DNA from: Terriglobales bacterium
GTDB taxonomy: Bacteria; Acidobacteriota; Terriglobia; Terriglobales; Acidobacteriaceae
NCBI GenBank assembly: GCA_035483045.1
Contig: DATHQD010000035.1
Span: 35,921-99,920 of the forward strand
DNA: 64,000 nucleotides
Direction: 5' to 3'
The notes under the pieces: generated by a model
The model's input: the letters and a program-made list of their open reading frames with translations, nothing else
What the model was told of the DNA's origin: nothing
Database searches by the model: none
Shown: piece after piece, positions 26,917 through 37,076 of the stretch
How positions within the stretch are numbered: the stretch's first letter is position 1
Layout of the letters: each line of letters begins with the position of its first letter
Program-made: the position numbers and the translations under genes

Positions 26917-26982
26917 TGTCATCCTGAGCGGAGCAGCCGCTTCGCGGAACGCGAAGCAGCCGCAGAGTCGAAGGACCCCTAC
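26917..26982 (+). repeat. REP-C full (forward)
   Basis: TGTCATCCTGAGCGGAGCAGCCGCTTCGCGGAACGCGAAGCAGCCGCAGAGTCGAAGGACCCCTAC. Confidence 0.85.
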
Positions 26983-27008
26983 GACGCCCAAATATTCCAA
27001 CCCACCCG

Positions 27009-27629
27009 CTAATCCTTTTTCATTGCATCGATCGTAGCGTACAACTGCCCCGGGTCCGTAACCTCAACATAAGGTTTCCCCGTCCTCTTGCTACTAACAA
27101 TCCAAATCGTAGGCGTGTGATCGATATGCAAACTCAATCCCACATCCTTATCCGCCCTAATCAGCCCAGCCAGCTTCCCATCCGGATCAACCACAAACGG
27201 CAGCCCAATCTTATGTTCCGCCGCAAACTTCTCCGCAAACGCTCTTAAGTTCTGCGGATTAATCTCCAGCTGATGCGCAAACACATCCGCCCGAAACTCA
27301 TTGCCCAAATCTTTCGAATGCGTATCGAAGTACCGCGCAAACACTGCCGCATCAAACGACCAGTTATGCATCGGCAGCGGAAAATCATGCTGCACCAGCG
27401 GAATCTTATAAGTCTTCGAAGCCTGCGCCAGCAAAGGAGCAACCCGCCCACACTGCGGACACTGCAAATCCTCAAACACCACCAGCGCCAGCGTCGCCCC
27501 CTTAGGCGGACGCAAAGCCTCCGGCGCATCCTGAGCAAGAGCCGTCAGGCAAAGCAAAGACAGGCCAGCAAACACGAGTAGCGATGAAAAAAACACACAC
27601 ACGAAACGCGGCAGCCGTTCAATTGTCAT
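27009..27629 (-). CDS. DsbA-like thioredoxin-fold thiol:disulfide oxidoreductase, secreted
   Basis: Signal peptide plus the CPQC active site (FEDLQCPQCGRV). Confidence 0.75.
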   Translation of the reverse strand: MTIERLPRFVCVFFSSLLVFAGLSLLCLTALAQDAPEALRPPKGATLALVVFEDLQCPQCGRVAPLLAQASKTYKIPLVQHDFPLPMHNWSFDAAVFARYFDTHSKDLGNEFRADVFAHQLEINPQNLRAFAEKFAAEHKIGLPFVVDPDGKLAGLIRADKDVGLSLHIDHTPTIWIVSSKRTGKPYVEVTDPGQLYATIDAMKKD

Positions 27630-27701
27630 AATTTATTTTGGATGCAACCAGACCATTCTATCGCAGCGAATTCCCGATAATCATGATAGACCGATAATCG
27701 C

Positions 27702-27745
27702 GTAGGGACAGACGCCCTCGTCTGTCCAGCCGAGCAAAGCTCGGC
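27702..27745 (+). repeat. REP-B (forward)
   Basis: GTAGGGACAGACGCCCTCGTCTGTCCAGCCGAGCAAAGCTCGGC. Confidence 0.85.
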
Positions 27746-27804
27746 AATCTGCCGACACCCATAATAAACTCGATTGATACGAAGACGTTCAGCCACACCG
27801 CGAC

Positions 27805-28983
27805 TTACTTCAAATCGGGGCTAGGCTCCAGATTGTAAAAATAATAAAACCGCAGCCCCAGCAGCTTTCCCGGAAACTCCTTAGGCAGCGGCGGAAAGGG
27901 AGTCGAAGCCGTGATGCTAGCCATCGCCGCCCGGTCCAGCGCCACATCGCCCGACGTCGTGTCGCGAACCAGCCCCTGCACCGAGCCATCCTTCATAATC
28001 ACAAATTCCAGCGCCAGCTTGCCCTGCTTAAACGTCGGCGGATACACCGACGGCGGCATCAGCGTATACCAATTCTGTTTCACAATCTGCACGATCCGCG
28101 TCATGTAAGGACCAAAGTCCACGCCCATCGTGTCCGTAAGAATTTCCGCCGGGGCCATCGCCTTGTATCCGCCCCGCCCCTGGCTCAGCCCATAGTCGCC
28201 CGCCACTCCTCCGCCGCTCCGCCCGCGGTTCTCCGCCGCCGCGCGTTCCGCCTGCTGAATCGCCGACCCCGGCGTCAACGGCGTATTAAAATTCACCGTC
28301 GGCCGCGTCTGCGGAGGCGTCTGGAGGCGCGGTGTCTGATCGTTCGTCGGCGCTGTGAATCCCGAGTTCTGCTGCGGCTGCGGCGCCGGAGGTTGCGGAG
28401 TCGGCTGATTCTGCGCTACCTGTGGAGGCGCACTCTGCGCCGGCGGCATCGGCACATTCGCCCCCGGCTGCCCCGGATGCTGGCTCTCCAGCAACTTCTT
28501 CAACTCCTTGCGATCGATCTGCGGTGCTTTGCTCGTCGCGATCCGGTCCTTATCCGAAATCACCTTCGCATCCGGACGCTTCGTCAGCTTCTGCGCATCC
28601 GGAGGCAACTCCAGAAACGTCGCATCTTTCGATTTGTCGTTCGCGGTGATCGCGAGATCGACTTTCTGATGCGGCAACAAATCCATCAACTTCGGCAAAT
28701 TCCACAGCAGAATCACCACGAACAAATGGAGAATCACCGACAACCACAGCGCCTCGCGCTTGCGCGCCCGCGAAAGATCGTCCTGCAACTGTATCAGCAG
28801 ATGCGGAACATCGTCCGGATCGAAGCCGCGGTAAGCCGACTCCCAGTGCATCGCCTCAAACAGATCGCGCTGCTCCGGCGAACCCGCGGACGGCGGTGAT
28901 GGAGGAGGCACGGCACTGCCCGGCGTGCCAGGCAACGCTTCGCGAGACTGTGGATCGCGGGACGGAATTTGGGTAACCGGCAT
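27805..28983 (-). CDS. TonB-family energy transducer-like protein
   Basis: One TM (ALWLSVILHLFVVILLW), a Pro/Gln-rich linker, and a TonB C-terminal-like domain (GKLALEFVIMKDGSVQGLVRDTTSGDVALDRAAMASI). Confidence 0.7.
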   Translation of the reverse strand: MPVTQIPSRDPQSREALPGTPGSAVPPPSPPSAGSPEQRDLFEAMHWESAYRGFDPDDVPHLLIQLQDDLSRARKREALWLSVILHLFVVILLWNLPKLMDLLPHQKVDLAITANDKSKDATFLELPPDAQKLTKRPDAKVISDKDRIATSKAPQIDRKELKKLLESQHPGQPGANVPMPPAQSAPPQVAQNQPTPQPPAPQPQQNSGFTAPTNDQTPRLQTPPQTRPTVNFNTPLTPGSAIQQAERAAAENRGRSGGGVAGDYGLSQGRGGYKAMAPAEILTDTMGVDFGPYMTRIVQIVKQNWYTLMPPSVYPPTFKQGKLALEFVIMKDGSVQGLVRDTTSGDVALDRAAMASITASTPFPPLPKEFPGKLLGLRFYYFYNLEPSPDLK

Positions 28984-29287
28984 CAGGACAAAACTACAAG
29001 CTTAGAGACACGCGCAGACCCCGTGGTTGCGTAACTTACAAAGAAGTTATCGCCAAACTTCCTTGGGCGACCTTCTCGCAACGACTTTCCCGCGAGCCTA
29101 TCGCACAAATTCTCTTCGCCGCGAAGCCATTGCACAACTTAGTCGCGCCAACTTCCTTCGTAAAGTTACGTAAATTATAGAGTCGCAATCACGATTCCCT
29201 ATTGTCGCATTTTTTTCGCTCACCAAGTGAGTACCTGAGTAATAGCCGCCCACGAAAAGGCGCGCCCCGCCCACACAACCAAGCGCA

Positions 29288-29381
29288 CGCCACAATCGCG
29301 CACGCCACAATCATGCCCACGCGGCACCAAGCGCCCGCCACAATCATGCTCTCGTGACGATGACGCCGTCGCGCCACAATC
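29288..29381. repeat. four CGCCACAATC iterons abutting REP-B
   Basis: Copies at 29288, 29303, 29336 and 29372. The last runs into ...AATCACGTAGGGG. Confidence 0.7.
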
Positions 29382-29383
29382 AC

Positions 29384-29427
29384 GTAGGGGCAGACGCCCC
29401 CGTCTGCCCAGCCGAGCGAAGCTCGGC
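29384..29427 (+). repeat. REP-B (forward)
   Basis: GTAGGGGCAGACGCCCCCGTCTGCCCAGCCGAGCGAAGCTCGGC. Confidence 0.85.
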
Positions 29428-29485
29428 ACCTGCCCGCAGCGGAAAAAACTCCGCCTTCCCTTATAATGTCCGAAGACCCTCGGTT

Positions 29486-30928
29486 ATGTTCCGCCAAAAA
29501 AATCCTCTTCGTAAACACGCCGCCGCCGACTCTTGCCTGGCGCTTCAAGCGGCAATTCTGCCCGCGCCCCTGGCAGCACTGCTAATCGCCATAACCCTCC
29601 TACCCACTCCAACCCAAGCCCAGCGCGGCGGCGGAGCCCACGCCAACCAGTCCGTCATCTGCGTCCACGATTGCCCCAGTCTCGAAACGCTCAATACCGA
29701 AGATACGCTCAAAGATTTCCGCCGCTCCATGGCTCTGCAAGCGACCGCCGACCAGCGCGCCGCCTTTGCCAAAATTTCGCAATACGCCGAATCTGCCCAC
29801 GATCAGCTCCAGTCCTTTCGCAAATCGCTTCTACCCCTCGCAGACCGTGCCGCCGTTCTCGATCAATCCATAGAAAAAGCGCGCGTCAGCAACCAGAATT
29901 TCCTCACCGCTCTTTCCGCCGCGCAAAAAACCGGCCTGCAAGACCTCATCAAGAGACTGAACAAAGCCGATAACGATCTCGACCGCCAAATCAAAGCCCT
30001 CGATCAAGTCCTGCCCGCCGCGAAACCAGACAGCGAACCGCTAGCCAGCGCCGCCGCACTCGATAAGGCCCTCGCCAGCTTCGAAAGCGTGCAGCGAGCG
30101 CTCGCCCGCGAGATGAGCATCTTCTTCGACGCCGACGAAGCGGGCGTCGCCTTCACTCTTCCTTCCGTTTCCAATTCCATCACCATCAACGGAGAAGACA
30201 TCGCCATCCCCACCTCCGGCGCCGTTCTCCGAAAGTCGTCCGCAACATCTGCCTCAACGCCCACATCCAATTCCGCCGCAACTCCCGCCGAAAACGTCCC
30301 AAACATTTTCAGCCTCAAATTCGTCGCCGATCTCTCCGACGTGCAGCAAAATATCACTGCCATTCTGCGCGCCGCCCTCAACCGGGCTCCCCGCTGCGGC
30401 GAGCGCATCAATATTCAGCAAGCCTCGCTCACTCCGCTCGCGCCCGCCTCGAGCCTCGTCGTCGTCGACTTGCATTTCGAGCGCTGGGTCTGCCCGGCCG
30501 CTCAAACTCGCGCCAGCCTCGGCGCTCCCAGCCCGACCGAAATCGCCGACGGCAACGCCTCCTTCGAAGTCAAACTCACTCCATCCCTCGAAGCCGCGCA
30601 GCTGAACCTCGCCTCCGAAATTACGCGCGTCGATGCCACCGGCATGCTCCGCAACGAACTTCGCTCCGGCGATCTCGGAACCACCCTGCGCGACAAAATC
30701 GCCGCCGCACTATTCACCGCGCTGCAGAAATCGGCCGACGTCAAAAGCACGCTCCCGCCCGTAGCCCAAACCTCTGCCACCTTGCAGAAAGCCGAATTTC
30801 AAGATGCCGGAGCCGATCAACTCAATCTAGTCCTCGACGGCCAGCTCCAATTCTCCGAAGAACAATCCAAACAATTCGCCGCCCAGCTAAAACAGCGCCT
30901 CTCCGCCCAAGGAACGACCGCCCCCTAG
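29486..30928 (+). CDS. hypothetical secreted protein
   Basis: I place the start at MFRQKNPLRKH. It has a signal-like hydrophobic segment. The N-terminal half looks helical and the C-terminal half mixed. No family recognised. Confidence 0.5.
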   Translation: MFRQKNPLRKHAAADSCLALQAAILPAPLAALLIAITLLPTPTQAQRGGGAHANQSVICVHDCPSLETLNTEDTLKDFRRSMALQATADQRAAFAKISQYAESAHDQLQSFRKSLLPLADRAAVLDQSIEKARVSNQNFLTALSAAQKTGLQDLIKRLNKADNDLDRQIKALDQVLPAAKPDSEPLASAAALDKALASFESVQRALAREMSIFFDADEAGVAFTLPSVSNSITINGEDIAIPTSGAVLRKSSATSASTPTSNSAATPAENVPNIFSLKFVADLSDVQQNITAILRAALNRAPRCGERINIQQASLTPLAPASSLVVVDLHFERWVCPAAQTRASLGAPSPTEIADGNASFEVKLTPSLEAAQLNLASEITRVDATGMLRNELRSGDLGTTLRDKIAAALFTALQKSADVKSTLPPVAQTSATLQKAEFQDAGADQLNLVLDGQLQFSEEQSKQFAAQLKQRLSAQGTTAP

Positions 30929-30987
30929 CCACGCACCCCATAAAATCGCAGCATAAATTCCCGTTAAATCGGAGCATAAATTCCCGT

Positions 30988-31053
30988 TGTCATCCTGAGC
31001 GCAGCGACGCCATACGCGAAGCGGATGACGTAGCGAAGTCGAAGGACCCCTAC
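30988..31053 (+). repeat. REP-C full (forward)
   Basis: TGTCATCCTGAGCGCAGCGACGCCATACGCGAAGCGGATGACGTAGCGAAGTCGAAGGACCCCTAC. Confidence 0.85.
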
Positions 31054-31262
31054 CCTAACCGGAAAATCCGAGAATGCTATCGCTCTTGGTCGCTCCGTAT
31101 TTGGGGGATGCACATTTGCGGATGCAAGAAATTGCGGGCACGCAATAGAACTCGAAAACAATTCACCAAACCTTCATCCCCCCGGTTTGTCTTTTCAATA
31201 TCGAGAGCGTATAGTCGTAAATGTACTGTTGTGTCGTAGTGCGAGGAGTGTCGGAGCACACC

Positions 31263-31285
31263 AGTGGGCGCAAGCCCACTTTTTA
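31263..31285 (+). terminator. GNRA-loop hairpin plus T-run in the rimP-nusA-infB leader
   Basis: AGTGGGC GCAA GCCCACT TTTT, 48 nt upstream of the rimP ATG. Confidence 0.4.
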
Positions 31286-31332
31286 CTTGGTGCTAACTCC
31301 GCTCCACGCGCTGGACGCAAATTGCTGAAAAC

Positions 31333-31857
31333 ATGGCGTTTGATTTCGACAAGATCCGGCAGATTGCCGAGCGCGTAGCAAGCTCGAGTGGGCTGGAAGT
31401 AGTCGATGTCGAGGTCGCTGGAGCAGGCAAGCATCGCACGTTGCGCGTCTTCATCGATCGTCCCGGAGCGGCACCCACGCCCGGCCGACCCGATGGAGTC
31501 ACGCACGAAGATTGCTCGCAGTTCAGTCGCGAGTTCGGCACCATCGTCGACGTGGAAGACGTTTTGCCCGGCGGATCGTACCTGCTGGAAGTCTCATCTC
31601 CAGGCCTCGATCGCAAGTTGACGAAGGCGTCCGATTTCGAACGCTTTCGCGGGCAGCGCGTGAAGTTAACCACACGCGAGCCGGTGAACAATAACCGGCA
31701 TTTTGAAGGCAAGCTGGAGAATTTTGAAAACGCCAGGCTGCTGCTCGACCTAAGCGCGGCGCGCAAGAAGAAAATGCGCCCGAAAGAAGGCGAGTCGCAA
31801 AAAGTGGAAATCGAACTGAAGAATATAGAGAAGGCGAATTTAGTACCAGAAATTTAA
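31333..31857 (+). CDS. rimP: ribosome maturation factor RimP
   Basis: GLEVVDVEVAGAGKHRTLRVFIDRPG..LEVSSPGLDRKL..GQRVKL, positioned before nusA. Confidence 0.9.
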   Translation: MAFDFDKIRQIAERVASSSGLEVVDVEVAGAGKHRTLRVFIDRPGAAPTPGRPDGVTHEDCSQFSREFGTIVDVEDVLPGGSYLLEVSSPGLDRKLTKASDFERFRGQRVKLTTREPVNNNRHFEGKLENFENARLLLDLSAARKKKMRPKEGESQKVEIELKNIEKANLVPEI

Positions 31858-31870
31858 AAGGCAAGGTCAC

Positions 31871-31928
31871 AGGTCCTAGGTGACAGGTCCCAGGAAAACC
31901 AAAACCTGTGACCTGTCACCTAAGACTT
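31871..31928. repeat. palindromic GTGAC/GTCAC word hairpin between rimP and nusA
   Basis: AGGTCCTAGGTGACAGGTCCCAGG pairs with CCTGTGACCTGTCACCTAAGACTT. Confidence 0.65.
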
Positions 31929-31969
31929 GGACAAGACGGACGAGGCCATCAGGCGCTGGGTCTTCAGGG

Positions 31970-32030
31970 TTAGCTTTTCCTGGCTTTAGCTTTTCCAGGT
32001 TTTGCTTTTCCCGTTTCTAAGTTTTTCCTG
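31970..32030 (-). repeat. REP-F low-complexity array (CTTTTCC orientation on the + strand)
   Basis: TAGCTTTTCCTGGCTTTAGCTTTTCCAGGTTTTGCTTTTCCCG.. Confidence 0.6.
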
Positions 32031-32066
32031 CGACCTGTGACCTAAGTCCTGTCACCTGGATTTTCT

Positions 32067-33662
32067 ATGGCAAGTGAGCTTTACAACATCATCGAAGGGG
32101 TCAGCCGCGAAAAGGGAATCGACCCGCAAATTGTAGTTACCGCCGTTGAAGACGCCATCGTCGTCGCCACGCGCAAATACTACAAGACGCAGGAAAACCT
32201 GCGCGCCGTGCTCGATAAAGACAGCGGCAAGATCAACGCCTATGCGGTGAAGTCGATCGTCGAAAATCCCGAGCAGGTCGAAGATCCGAATCTCCAGGTC
32301 ACCGTCGACCAGGCCCGCAAACTCGATCCGAGCGCCGAAGCGGGCGGAGAACTGCTCATCCCTAAAGCTACCGAAGGCATACTCGGCCGCATCGCCGCGC
32401 AACTTGCCAAGCAAGTCATCTTTCAAAAAGTGCGCGAGGCCGAGCGCGACACTGTCTATAACGAATACATCGGACACGTAAACGAAATCGTAAACGCGTC
32501 CGTGAAGCGCCTCGAAGGCCCCGACGTCATTCTCGATATCGGCAAAGCCGAAGCCCGCATGGGACGCAAAGAACAATCGCGCCTCGAGTCCTTCGCCGTA
32601 GGCGAACGCATCCGTGTCGTAATCGTGCGCGTAGAAAAAGCAACCAAGGGTCCCGGCGTGATCGCCTCGCGCTCCGCGCCCGAGTTAGTTCAGCATCTCT
32701 TCCAAACCGAAGTACCGGAAATTTACGACGGCACCGTCGTGATCCGTGCCATCGCCCGCGAAGCCGGAGAGCGCACCAAGATCGCCGTCATGTCAAAAGA
32801 CAAAGACGTCGACGCCGTCGGCGCCTGCGTTGGTATGAAGGGCATGCGTGTGCAGTCGATCATCCGCGAACTCCGCGGAGAAAAAATCGACATCATCGAG
32901 TATCACGAGGATCCCGTCTCCTTCGCCGAAAAAGCGCTCCAGCCGGCGAAGGTCAGCCGCGTAACCGTAGTCGATGCCGCCGACAAGCATCTCGAAGTCG
33001 TCGTCGACGACACACAGCTTTCGCTAGCCATCGGCAAGAAGGGCCAGAACGTCCGTCTGGCGGCCAAACTCCTCGGCTGGAAGATCGACATCAAGAGCGA
33101 GGAAGAAAAGCGTCAGGAAGTCGAGCAGCAGATGTCCGCTCTCGTCACCCAAACTGTCACTCCGCTCGAAATCGTTACCGGACTCGGCGAAGGCCTAGTC
33201 GAGAAACTGAAAGCGGCCGGCGTCAACACCGTCGAGTCGTTAGCCGACATGACGCCCGAGCAGCTCGAGGCCATCGAAGGCATCGGCCCGAAGACGGTGG
33301 AAAAAATCAGCATCGCGGTCAATAATTACTTTGCCACTCTCGATGGCGGAGAAGCCGTAGCCACCGAGGAAGGCGCAGCCGAAGCCGGAATCGCCGAAGC
33401 TGGTATAGCTGAAGAGCCGTTGCCTGAGAACGAAGCGCTGCCGGAAAATACGGCTGAAGAAAGCACAGCCGAAGCAGCTCCGGTTGATGAGGCCCGGGTC
33501 GACGAGGCAACAATCGAAGAAGGCACCTTCGAAGCCGACGCGTTATCCGGCGAAACCGAAGCAGGCGGCGATGCCGCATCCGAAGATATCGCCGGGCATC
33601 AAACATCTGCGGCCGAAGAACAAGCCGCCACAGAAGAAGTTCCGGAAGACAAGCAGAACTAG
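32067..33662 (+). CDS. nusA: transcription termination/antitermination factor NusA with an acidic C-terminal tail
   Basis: S1 and two KH domains (GACVGMKGMRVQSIIRELRGEKIDII; AIGKKGQNVRLAAKLLGWKIDI) plus HhH repeats. Confidence 0.97.
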   Translation: MASELYNIIEGVSREKGIDPQIVVTAVEDAIVVATRKYYKTQENLRAVLDKDSGKINAYAVKSIVENPEQVEDPNLQVTVDQARKLDPSAEAGGELLIPKATEGILGRIAAQLAKQVIFQKVREAERDTVYNEYIGHVNEIVNASVKRLEGPDVILDIGKAEARMGRKEQSRLESFAVGERIRVVIVRVEKATKGPGVIASRSAPELVQHLFQTEVPEIYDGTVVIRAIAREAGERTKIAVMSKDKDVDAVGACVGMKGMRVQSIIRELRGEKIDIIEYHEDPVSFAEKALQPAKVSRVTVVDAADKHLEVVVDDTQLSLAIGKKGQNVRLAAKLLGWKIDIKSEEEKRQEVEQQMSALVTQTVTPLEIVTGLGEGLVEKLKAAGVNTVESLADMTPEQLEAIEGIGPKTVEKISIAVNNYFATLDGGEAVATEEGAAEAGIAEAGIAEEPLPENEALPENTAEESTAEAAPVDEARVDEATIEEGTFEADALSGETEAGGDAASEDIAGHQTSAAEEQAATEEVPEDKQN

Positions 33663-33753
33663 AGCCAGAGCATGGCGAGTTCGGAGGTCATTCCGAACCG
33701 AGCCCGCGAGGTTCGCCATCCGGAACCCTGATTGAGTAAGATTGTTTCGGGTA

Positions 33754-33811
33754 GGGCACGGCTTCAGCCGTGCCGCAAAGGCCAATAAAAACAGGGGCTT
33801 TACCCCTGAGG
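33754..33811 (+). repeat. REP-E full (forward)
   Basis: GGGCACGGCTTCAGCCGTGCCGCAAAG..ACAGGGGCTTTACCCCTGAGG. Confidence 0.75.
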
Positions 33812-33891
33812 CAGTGTCGGAAGCACCACGAGGGTTAGACATGCGAACCTAGGCACGCAACATAAGCAACAAGAAGAGGAAACGAGAGCGG

Positions 33892-36870
33892 ATGAGTAAG
33901 ATTCGAATTAACGATCTGGCCCGTGAGTTGGAAGTCAAGAGCAGGGAAATTCTTGACGTCCTCACCACGGTGGGCGTCACCGAGAAAAAAACCCACTCCA
34001 GTTCTCTGGAAGATTTCGAAGCCGACCTGGTGCGCAAGCATCTTCGTGGACGCTCCGATTCCTCCGCCAGCTCCTCGCGCTCTTCCTCGCGCGCCAGTCA
34101 GGGCGGAGACGACGAGATCAAAACCAAGATCGACCTCTCCCACATCTCTCAGCCCGGAGACGTCCTCCGCGCCATCCAGCAACGCAAGGCCGCCGCGGAA
34201 ACTCCCGCCGCCCGCCCCGTAGCCAAGCCGCCAGCATTCGAAACCAGAACTGAATCGCCCGCCGCCACGGCGCCCCCCGCCGCGCCTTCAGCGCCAAAAG
34301 CAGTTCCGCCAAAGCCGCCGGCAGAATCCGCCACACCCGCGACTCCGCAATCCCCATCAACGCCAAGACTAGTCACTCCGGCCTCCGTAGCCGCAACCTA
34401 TCGTCCGCCATCGGTAGTAGTAATTCCGCCGAAGACTCCACCGCCCGCCGCCACCGCCCCGACTAGCGCCGCGCCGCCGATCGCTGTTCCGCCGCGAGCC
34501 ACGCCGCCACCTGCAACCACCACTGCGCCCGCAGCGCCGCCCAGCGTCTCGATCCATGCCCCGAGTACCGCAAGCAGTCTCCCCAGCAACGTGACCCAGA
34601 TGCCCGCCGCGCCGCCCCGGCCATCCGCGCCCGTCGCTCCGCCGCCCCGCATGATCATGCCCCAGACCGGCCCGCGTCCCGTCTACAAAGCGCCCGCGCC
34701 ACCGCCCAGTGCCGCAGCCCCCGGAGCAACTTCGCGCCCCGCTCCCGGACGCCCCGTCCCCGGCCAGCCAATTTTTCAGCGTACCCCGCGTCCCCCAGTT
34801 TCCGGCGCCGGTCCAGGCACCCCGCGCCCGCCGCTTCGTCCCGGTGAACGTCGTCCCATGCATCCCACGCGCGTCGCGCCCGCAGGTTCGCGTCCCCTCG
34901 GCGTAGGCCCCGGAGCAGGCGCAATGCCCCCGCCCGGCCCATCGCGCCCCGGAGCTCGTCCCGGCGGCCCGTCGCGCCGCCCCGGCCAACGCTACGTTCC
35001 GCGAGGTGTGAAGGAAGGCCCGATGAAGGGCTACACTCCGCCGCCGCGCATGATCGTCAGCAACGAGCCCGCGCCCATCACGCGCAACATCACCATCACC
35101 GAAGGGATCTCGGTGAAAGATCTAGCCGAAAAACTCGGCCTTCGCGCCAAAGATTTAATCGCGCGCCTCGTAGTCCGTGGCGTCTTCGCCACCATCAATC
35201 AAACTCTCGACGCCGAACTCGCCAGCGAAATGGCCCGCTTCTTCGGAGCCGATACCGAAGTCATCACCTTCGAAGAGCAAGCCGCCAAAGACACGACCGA
35301 AGCCACCGAGAGCAGCGAAGAAGGAGCCGAAGCCATTCCGCGTCCGCCCGTAGTCACCATCATGGGCCACGTCGATCACGGCAAAACCACGCTCCTCGAT
35401 TCCATCCGCTCCACCAACGTCGCCGGCGGCGAAGCCGGCGGCATCACGCAACACATCGGCGCCTACAAAGTTCGCATCACCGACACCGCGTCTCCCGCCT
35501 ACGGCCGCGAGATCGTCTTCCTCGATACGCCCGGTCACGAAGCCTTCACCCGAATGCGTTCTCGCGGCGCGAAAGCCACCGACATCGTCGTCCTCGTCAC
35601 CGCCGCCGATGACGGCGTCATGCCGCAGACCGTAGAAGCCATCGACCACGCTCACGCCGCCGAAGTTCCCATCATCGTCGCCGTCAACAAAATCGATAAG
35701 CCCGGAGCGCTCCCCGAGCGCGTCAAAAAACAGCTCGCTGATCGCGGCCTAGTCCCTGAAGAATGGGGAGGCAAAACCGTATTCGTCGATGTCTCCGCCA
35801 AGCAGAAAACCAACCTCAATCTGCTGATGGAAATGATCCTGCTCACCGCCGACATCCAGGAATTGAAAGCCACTCCCGGCCGCGCCGCCAGCGGCCTCGT
35901 CCTCGAAGCCAAGCTCGATCGCGGTCGCGGTCCCGTCGGCACCATCCTCGTGCAGAACGGCACCCTCCGAGCCGGCGACAACTTTGTAGTCGGCAACGTT
36001 TACGGAAAAGTTCGCGCTATGTTCGACGATCGCGGCAAAGCCCTGAAAGAAGCGCCGCCCTCAACCCCCGTAGAAATCATCGGCCTCGAAGGCCTGCCGC
36101 AAGCCGGAGATCAATTCGTCGTAGTCACCGACCGCGAAAAAGCCCGCGACATCTCCGAATACCGCGAACAGAAAGCTCGAGAAGCCACGCTAGCCAAGAG
36201 CTCGCGTGTCTCGCTCGAAGGCCTGGCCGAACAATTAAAAACCGCAGGCATGAAAGAGCTGAACGTCATTCTGAAAGCCGATGTCCAAGGCTCCGTCGAA
36301 GTGCTGGGCGATCTACTAGGCCGCCTATCAAACGAAAAAGTTCGCCTCAAACTCCTCCGCTCCGGCATCGGAGCCATCACCGAGACCGACGTTCTCCTCG
36401 CTTCCGCCTCGAACGCCATCATCATCGGCTTCAACGTGCGTCCCGAGCGCAAAGCGCAAGAACTCGCCGACCAGGAAAAAGTCGACATCCGCCTGCACTC
36501 GATCATTTACGAGCTGCAAGACGAGATCAAGCGCGCCATGACCGGCCTGCTCGAACCGACCATCAAAGAGGTCTACCAGGGACGCGCCGAAGTTCTCGAA
36601 ACCTTCCGCATCCCCAAAGTCGGAACCATCGCCGGGTGCCGCGTAAGCGACGGCCTCATCAAGCGCGACTCCGAGGTCCGCCTGCTGCGCGACGACGTAG
36701 TAGTCTTCAAAGGCAAAGTAGCCTCTCTGCGCCGCTTCAAAGACGACGCCAGCCAGGTCACCAGCGGCATGGAGTGCGGTATCTCCATCCAAAACTACGG
36801 CGACATCAAAACCGGCGACGTAATCGAAGCCTTCGTAACCGAAAGAATAGCCGCCGAAGCCATCAAATAA
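33892..36870 (+). CDS. infB: translation initiation factor IF-2
   Basis: 992 aa. Pro/Ala-rich N-terminus, G-domain [26 protein letters not shown], and conserved C-terminal domains. Confidence 0.97.
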   Translation: MSKIRINDLARELEVKSREILDVLTTVGVTEKKTHSSSLEDFEADLVRKHLRGRSDSSASSSRSSSRASQGGDDEIKTKIDLSHISQPGDVLRAIQQRKAAAETPAARPVAKPPAFETRTESPAATAPPAAPSAPKAVPPKPPAESATPATPQSPSTPRLVTPASVAATYRPPSVVVIPPKTPPPAATAPTSAAPPIAVPPRATPPPATTTAPAAPPSVSIHAPSTASSLPSNVTQMPAAPPRPSAPVAPPPRMIMPQTGPRPVYKAPAPPPSAAAPGATSRPAPGRPVPGQPIFQRTPRPPVSGAGPGTPRPPLRPGERRPMHPTRVAPAGSRPLGVGPGAGAMPPPGPSRPGARPGGPSRRPGQRYVPRGVKEGPMKGYTPPPRMIVSNEPAPITRNITITEGISVKDLAEKLGLRAKDLIARLVVRGVFATINQTLDAELASEMARFFGADTEVITFEEQAAKDTTEATESSEEGAEAIPRPPVVTIMGHVDHGKTTLLDSIRSTNVAGGEAGGITQHIGAYKVRITDTASPAYGREIVFLDTPGHEAFTRMRSRGAKATDIVVLVTAADDGVMPQTVEAIDHAHAAEVPIIVAVNKIDKPGALPERVKKQLADRGLVPEEWGGKTVFVDVSAKQKTNLNLLMEMILLTADIQELKATPGRAASGLVLEAKLDRGRGPVGTILVQNGTLRAGDNFVVGNVYGKVRAMFDDRGKALKEAPPSTPVEIIGLEGLPQAGDQFVVVTDREKARDISEYREQKAREATLAKSSRVSLEGLAEQLKTAGMKELNVILKADVQGSVEVLGDLLGRLSNEKVRLKLLRSGIGAITETDVLLASASNAIIIGFNVRPERKAQELADQEKVDIRLHSIIYELQDEIKRAMTGLLEPTIKEVYQGRAEVLETFRIPKVGTIAGCRVSDGLIKRDSEVRLLRDDVVVFKGKVASLRRFKDDASQVTSGMECGISIQNYGDIKTGDVIEAFVTERIAAEAIK

Positions 36871-36905
36871 AAAGCGCAACGAAATAAAAGGATCGCAATG
36901 CTCGC

Positions 36906-36974
36906 GTAGGGGCAGAGCCTGCCCTGAGCTTGCCGAAGGGTGCCCTCACCTGCCCAGCCGAGCGCCAGCTCGGC
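36906..36974 (+). repeat. REP-B long form (forward)
   Basis: GTAGGGGCAGAGCCTGCCCTGAGCTTGCCGAAGGGTGCCCTCACCTGCCCAGCCGAGCGCCAGCTCGGC. Confidence 0.85.
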
Positions 36975-37034
36975 CGCACTCCGCGAGCTATCGCAAAAGC
37001 GCTAGATCGAATTTCGATTTACAAGCGAGCGCGC

Positions 37035-37068
37035 GCTTTGAAAAGTACACCGCTTCAGCCGCTATAAT
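37035..37068 (+). promoter_or_regulatory. degenerate REP-E head supplying TTGAAA ... TATAAT, 8 nt before the ATG (leaderless candidate)
   Basis: GCTTTGAAAAGTACACCGCTTCAGCCGCTATAAT, with TATAAT at 37063-37068 and ATG at 37077. The 19-nt spacer is long. Confidence 0.3.
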
Positions 37069-37076
37069 CCAACCCA

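Noticed and set aside
30951-30988. 15-bp direct repeat GCATAAATTCCCGTT x2 next to a REP-C, considered as a target-site duplication
   Set aside because: The two copies flank only 8 bp and lie on the same side of the REP, so they do not bracket the element. It is more likely a small local duplication.
31054-31332. Possible tRNA (metY-like) or other RNA gene upstream of rimP-nusA-infB
   Set aside because: There is no cloverleaf-compatible sequence and no GGTTCGAATCC-type T-arm. Only a short hairpin plus T-run (31263-31285) is present.
35763-36887. 374-aa + strand ORF overlapping infB in another frame
   Set aside because: It is extremely Arg/Pro/Ser/His-rich with no motifs and lies entirely inside the well-supported infB frame. 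It is an artefact of the C-rich strand.
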